A program made the translations under genes and the position numbers. Source: an uncultured delta proteobacterium (GTDB taxonomy: Bacteria > Myxococcota_A > Polyangia > Polyangiales > Polyangiaceae). Taken from it: 64,000 nucleotides of DNA. A model generated the notes under the pieces. It saw only the letters and a list, made by a program, of their open reading frames with translations. It ran no database searches and was not told where the DNA came from. Below, piece by piece: positions 57,780-64,000 of the stretch. The stretch is from contig CAWDXG010000004.1 in NCBI GenBank assembly GCA_963806225.1, positions 3,264,001 through 3,328,000 on the forward strand, read 5' to 3'. Each line of letters begins with the position of its first letter. Positions within the stretch are counted from its first letter, which is position 1.

Positions 57780-58760
57780 CTAGATGAGATCGAAACCGAG
57801 CCGGGCGTCGAGGGTGGGTAGGAGAAGGTGGCGCATGCTGTCGTCGAGACTTTGCGTGGCGGCGTCCACGGTCGACTGCGGAAGCGCGGTACCCTGATCC
57901 GCCGACGCAGTCGTGTGCGAGGCCAGCACGCCGGTCGCGCCGATACCCACGGCGAACACGATACGATCGGCGATCTGCGCCTGGTAGCCGAGCTCGACGA
58001 GCCACATCCGGGTCGTGGTCGCTACGGAATAGGCGCCGACGACGTCCGGACTACCGACCAGAACGCTCGTCGCGATCGCACCGCCAAGACGCACCTCCGC
58101 GTAGCCCGCATCGAGGTATACGCCCGTGTTGTGGAAGGGCCGGAGACCGACGACCGCGTGCCAACTCCGACCGTGTTGGTAGCCATGCGCCGCGAGCGCG
58201 CCCGTGCCCGAGTCGGTGCCCGTCGCCAGCGTAGCGGCGCGGGCTACGAAGCCGAGATAGCTCGACGGCAACCAGCCGTAGCCACCGCCCAGCCGCAATC
58301 CTCCGGGCGTCTCGAACCGCGCCTGCACCGATACGTCCACCGGCGCCCGCGTTGCGGCCTCGAGGGACAGCATCCACCCCGCGGTCGCGTCGCGATGCGG
58401 TCGCGGGCTGTCCGTCACACCGCGATCGCGCGCTGGGCCTCTGCTTCGCCACCCGATGGCCGGACCCGGAAACACGATCGGAGGCGACGGCGGGCTGACA
58501 GACGGAGGCGACACCGGACTGACAGTCGGAGGCGGGGGCGGGTACGCCGGGGCTTCAGAGAACGAGTCTCTCCGCAGCGACGGGAACGCCCGCGTCGCTT
58601 TCGGCGACGCGGAGATGTCCAACGCGGCTGCTGACCCAGTGTCCTCGACGACCGCGAAGCTCGCGCGCCCCGTAGGTACGGGGCCGCTCGCGCGCGCTGC
58701 CTGGGCCAACGCCATCCCCAGCAGCAGGGAGAGCAACCCAACCGATCGAGAACCGGGCAT
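57780..58760 (-). CDS. Exported protein, probable outer-membrane beta-barrel
   Basis: Signal peptide, Pro-rich linker, beta strands, ends RLGFDLI. Confidence 0.6.
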   Translation of the reverse strand: MPGSRSVGLLSLLLGMALAQAARASGPVPTGRASFAVVEDTGSAAALDISASPKATRAFPSLRRDSFSEAPAYPPPPPTVSPVSPPSVSPPSPPIVFPGPAIGWRSRGPARDRGVTDSPRPHRDATAGWMLSLEAATRAPVDVSVQARFETPGGLRLGGGYGWLPSSYLGFVARAATLATGTDSGTGALAAHGYQHGRSWHAVVGLRPFHNTGVYLDAGYAEVRLGGAIATSVLVGSPDVVGAYSVATTTRMWLVELGYQAQIADRIVFAVGIGATGVLASHTTASADQGTALPQSTVDAATQSLDDSMRHLLLPTLDARLGFDLI

Positions 58761-59038
58761 CTACTCCAGACAACGGTCCACCGGGGGAGCTCGATAAGGG
58801 CCGTTGGGCCGGAGCAGACCCAGCGCCCAGGCGCGACGACGTTTCAGCTCGTCAGGAGCCACACGCCGGCGAAGATGCCGGCGAGCAGGGCGACACCGAG
58901 CCCCACCACGCGAGGGGCGGAGGGGTGGGCGGTTCACTCGACTGCTGACCGACAGCTGCGCCAGCTGCCCACCACCGGCGCGCGCACGGATTCGCCCCGC
59001 CGGTCAGCAGCGCGGACGGCCGACCAGGCCAACAAGAA

Positions 59039-59068
59039 GAGCGCATTGGACCGGAGTCCAATGCGCTC
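59039..59068 (-). terminator. Intrinsic terminator after the cold-shock gene
   Basis: 13-bp stem GAGCGCATTGGAC/GTCCAATGCGCTC, 4-nt loop, followed on the minus strand by TTCTTGTT. Confidence 0.8.
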
Positions 59069-59090
59069 AAAAGTCAGCGATCAAGTCGAG

Positions 59091-59288
59091 TCAGATGACG
59101 CGGACGTGCTCGGCGCGGGGACCCTTGGGGCCCTGGCCTACATCGAACGACACTTTCTGTCCCTCTTGCAGCTGGTCGAACGACGTGCCTTCGACGGACG
59201 ACTGGTGGAAGAAGACGTCGTCTCCACTGCCAGTCGAGATGAATCCGAAGCCCTTGTCGGTGAGACGCTTGATTGTACCTTCAGCCAT
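59091..59288 (-). CDS. Cold-shock protein (CspA family)
   Basis: MAEGTIKRLTDKGFGFI, DVFFH, GPKGPRA. Confidence 0.95.
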   Translation of the reverse strand: MAEGTIKRLTDKGFGFISTGSGDDVFFHQSSVEGTSFDQLQEGQKVSFDVGQGPKGPRAEHVRVI

Positions 59289-59569
59289 TTTTTTCACATT
59301 CTTTCGAAGCGCCAACTCGGCGCATGCTCGATGGACGGCCCAAGTGGCCGCCAATCGAGTAAGCCCCTCTTAAGCCCTGTCGAGCCCGGAGTAAAGGCGC
59401 GCGGGCATGGCGTGGGCGTCCGACCCGGCGCTGGCCCAGCTGTAGTGTCCACCGGTGGGCCTGTCTTTCATCTGGATCGGGCTTCTGTCCGGGAGCTCGA
59501 CGCGGGCCCCGCCCTTTCCGCCGAGGATGATCGTGCGTCGGGAGAAAAGGGGCGAAATCGGCTAACTTC

Positions 59570-60034
59570 GTGTTCATGCCGTTTCCTCGCTCCGATGCCG
59601 TCTTCGTTCCCAAGGTCAGCTGGACCGCCAACAACGCCCCCACTGCGGTGAGCTACGGCGCGCTGGTGGGAACACCGACGACGATTCTGTTGCTGCCGCG
59701 CTCCGGCACCGAGACCGCGGGCTTCACCCTACGGTTGCAGTGGACCCAGGGCGCCGCGACCGTGGACGACATCGCCGCCATGGTCGCGGACGCGAACCAG
59801 CCGGTCGCCGCCATCGAAGCCGCGCTCGTACAGAGCCTGCCTGAATGGCAGACCCGCTGCGTCTTCCCTGTCGCGCAGCTGACGCGCTTCGAGATCTTGA
59901 AGGGCTGGAAGCTGTGGCTCGGCGTCTCGGCCGTCCTGCAGCTCGGTGCCGAGCCAGCCGTGGCCCTACGCGTGCCGAACAAGGCGCATCTCGGCGAGCT
60001 GCGCCAGACGTACGCGGGACGAGCAAAAGTCTGA
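59570..60034 (+). CDS. Hypothetical protein
   Basis: Coding-like codon bias; start uncertain. Confidence 0.5.
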   Translation: MFMPFPRSDAVFVPKVSWTANNAPTAVSYGALVGTPTTILLLPRSGTETAGFTLRLQWTQGAATVDDIAAMVADANQPVAAIEAALVQSLPEWQTRCVFPVAQLTRFEILKGWKLWLGVSAVLQLGAEPAVALRVPNKAHLGELRQTYAGRAKV

Positions 60035-60121
60035 GCGCTGCCCCGCAACGTGACGCGCAGACGCGGAGACGGTGCCACGCTGAAGCGTGGCGCGCAGCAC
60101 AGCGACCCCGCGAAGGCGGCG

Positions 60122-61388
60122 TCAGCGCGCGTCGAGCAGATCCGCCAGCGCCGCCGCGAGCACCTTGGTCGACGCGACCAGGTCGTCGACGACCACGTAC
60201 TCGTCGACCTGATGGGCGAGTTCGAGGATGCCGGGCCCGTAGGCGACGGTGTGCTCGATACCGCCGAGGCGGGCGAAGTGCTTCTGATCGTACGTGCCGG
60301 GGCTCGCGATCTGCTGCGCAGCCCGACCGAAGACCCCCTGCACTGCGGCATCGAGAGCGCGCACCAGCTCCGAGCCCTTTGGGGTCTGCACGGGATGCAC
60401 GACGAGCAGGTCCTCGAGCACGTAGCGACGTTCGGGGTTCTCGCTCTCTGCGCGCTCGAGCAGCGCGACGACCTCGCCCTTCGCCTGCTCGAAGCCTTCT
60501 TCCAGAAGGAAGCGCCGGTCGACGATGGCTTCGGCGCGGTCGGCGACGCACGGCGTCTGCGGCCACTGTCCGGCCTGCCCGCCCTGGATACTGTTCACGT
60601 TGATCGTCGCGCGGCGCGCGTCCGGAGGCACGACGGGCATCGACGTCGTGCGGCCGGAGAGCGACGGCACCAGCTCTGTCCGCACGCGCTCCACGAAATG
60701 CGCGATATGATCGATGGCGCTCGACCCGATGAACGGCATGCTGCCATGGGCGATACGCCCATGCGCCACCACGCGGAACCAGTACACCCCGCGATGACCG
60801 ATGCAGACGCGATCGGGATCGAGCGGTTCGGGGATGATCGCGTAGTCGGTGTTGTCGCTGGAGACGAGCCCCCGCTCGCACAGCCACGCCACGCCCGCCT
60901 CGCCGCCGCTCTCCTCGTCGGCGGTCCCGCTCAGGTCGATGCTGCCGCCGAGCGTGGCGCCGGCGCGCCTCAGCGCTTCCACGGCGTACACGGCCGCCGC
61001 AATCCCGCCTTTCATGTCGGCGGTGCCGCGACCGTAGAGCCTGCCGTCGCGAAGCACCGCGGCGAACGGATCGACGCTCCACCCTGTCCCCGGCGGCACT
61101 ACGTCGAGGTGCCCATTGAGGTGCACGCGCGGCCGATCGCGCTCGCCGCGCAGCCGGCCGATCACGTTGACGCGCGGGTGCTTGTCGGTGTGCTCGAGCC
61201 GTCCTTCCGCTTCGTGGTAGCTGACCTCGAAGCCGAAGCGTGAAAGCTCCGCCCCGAGCACTTCAGCGCACTCGCGGTAGCCTTCCCCGGGCGGATTCAC
61301 GCTCGGCACGCGCACCAGCCGTGCGCAGAAATCCACGAGCTCGTCGCGCGCGGCGTCGACCTCGGCAAAGGCGCGATCGATCAGTCGC

Positions 61389-61396
<8 letters not shown>
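60122..61396 (-). CDS. M20 ArgE/DapE-family deacylase
   Basis: NGHLDVVP, GRGTADMKGG, DEESGG, AHQVDE; overlaps the NCS1 stop. Confidence 0.9.
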
Positions 61397-62870
<1,474 letters not shown>

Positions 62871-62970
62871 GGCGGACGACAATAGACTGGATCGCCGCCG
62901 GGCCCAAACCGACCGGCAACCCAAGGACCCGCAGTGCAGCTGGGTCGTACGCGACAAAGGAGGAGATACC

Positions 62971-63234
62971 ATGAAGTTCCGCGTTGTCGTGCCCGCATCC
63001 CTCGCCGCACTGACCGCTCTCTCCGCAACACCACGCGCGCACGCCCAGACGAGGAGCGCGCAGAAGGTGGACCGCGGCTACATCTACAAGTTCATCGACG
63101 ACCCACTGGCAGCGGAGGGTGCGGCTGCAACCGGCTGGGTGCTGAAGCTCCACACGCCCGCGGCGCGCAGCCTGCTGATCCGCCCGCGCGCGTCGTTCGT
63201 GATGGAGATGTTCAAGTCGGTCGAGAAGCTCTGA
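62971..63234 (+). CDS. Small secreted CglF/GltF-like protein
   Basis: RBS AGGAGGAG; signal peptide; YxFxDD and LIRPRxSFVxEMxKSVExL C-terminus. Confidence 0.6.
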   Translation: MKFRVVVPASLAALTALSATPRAHAQTRSAQKVDRGYIYKFIDDPLAAEGAAATGWVLKLHTPAARSLLIRPRASFVMEMFKSVEKL

Positions 63235-63273
63235 CGGGAGCCCGGCAGGACCACCCGGGAGCGCCGCTCGCCG

Positions 63274-63999
63274 CTAGCCGCCCGGCACGCGCGCGTCGTG
63301 GATCGCTTCGGAGAGCTGTTCCAGATCGAACGGCTTCTGCAGGAAACCCGCCGCGCCCTGTTCCAGCAGCTCCTGGGCGCCACCCTCCACGGTGAAGCCG
63401 GAGCTGATCAACACGCGGACAGACGGATCCAGCTCGCGCAGAGCGTAGAACGTCTCGCGACCATTCTGCTTCGGCATCACCAGATCGAGAATCACGAGAT
63501 CGATGTCCGATCCGCTCTGACGGAACCGCTCGACCGCCTCGAAGCCGTCGGTGCAGGTCGTCGCGGAGTGACCGAGCTCTTCCACCAGCCGGGCCAGCAC
63601 CCGGCGCACCACAGGCTCGTCCTCGACCACCATGATCCGGAGTCCGCCGGTCCCGGACTCCAGAGGACGTGAGCCGCGGCGGCGGACGCGTTCTCCCCGG
63701 GTCTCGGGCAGGAAGAGCTCGAAGCTCGTGCCCGCGCCCGGGGCGGTGGTCACGGCAATGCCTCCGCCGTGGCTTCGCAGCGTGCCGTAGACGCTGGCCA
63801 GACCCATCCCAGTGCCCTTTCCGGGGGCCTTGGTCGTGAAGAACGGCTCGAACATGTGCTTGCGGGTCGCCTCGTCCATGCCCTCGCCGTCGTCCACGAC
63901 GCTCACGGACACATACGCTCCGGGCTCAACGTCGTGACCCAGGGCGCGTGCTTGTTCCGCATCGAGGTGGCAGCGCCGCGCCCCGAGCTTCAGCGTTCC
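63274..63999 (-). CDS. Hybrid sensor histidine kinase, C-terminal HATPase and receiver (5'-truncated)
   Basis: [40 protein letters not shown]; frame open to window end. Confidence 0.9.
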   Translation of the reverse strand, partial: GTLKLGARRCHLDAEQARALGHDVEPGAYVSVSVVDDGEGMDEATRKHMFEPFFTTKAPGKGTGMGLASVYGTLRSHGGGIAVTTAPGAGTSFELFLPETRGERVRRRGSRPLESGTGGLRIMVVEDEPVVRRVLARLVEELGHSATTCTDGFEAVERFRQSGSDIDLVILDLVMPKQNGRETFYALRELDPSVRVLISSGFTVEGGAQELLEQGAAGFLQKPFDLEQLSEAIHDARVPGG

Positions 64000-64000
64000 C

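Overview
High-GC chromosomal window, very likely from a myxobacterium (Polyangiaceae-like), judged by MYXO-CTERM proteins, Cys-rich lipoproteins, PEGA and pseudo-receiver/TPR proteins and a CglF-like peptide. It holds about 52 CDS. Main content: (i) a B12-binding radical SAM protein fused to a second radical SAM domain, with a related stand-alone radical SAM and a VAO/PCMH flavoprotein nearby; (ii) a decayed IS110-family (IS1111-group) element with subterminal inverted repeats and a ~300 bp right end containing segments that match its inferred target and circle junction (candidate bridge/seek RNA); (iii) two arrays of an alternating 51/50-bp hairpin repeat and a G5-tract repeat; (iv) several peptidoglycan-related genes (GH73 glucosaminidase, two YkuD proteins, one lacking its catalytic residues, mpl, M15 peptidase, 3D-domain lipoprotein); (v) a full reductive pyrimidine catabolic pathway split over three loci, with preA frameshifted; (vi) two paralogous FG-GAP propeller/Cys-rich/MYXO-CTERM surface proteins plus other Cys-rich repeat lipoproteins. 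No rRNA, tRNA or CRISPR array was seen. All calls are by eye from motifs; no database searches were run.
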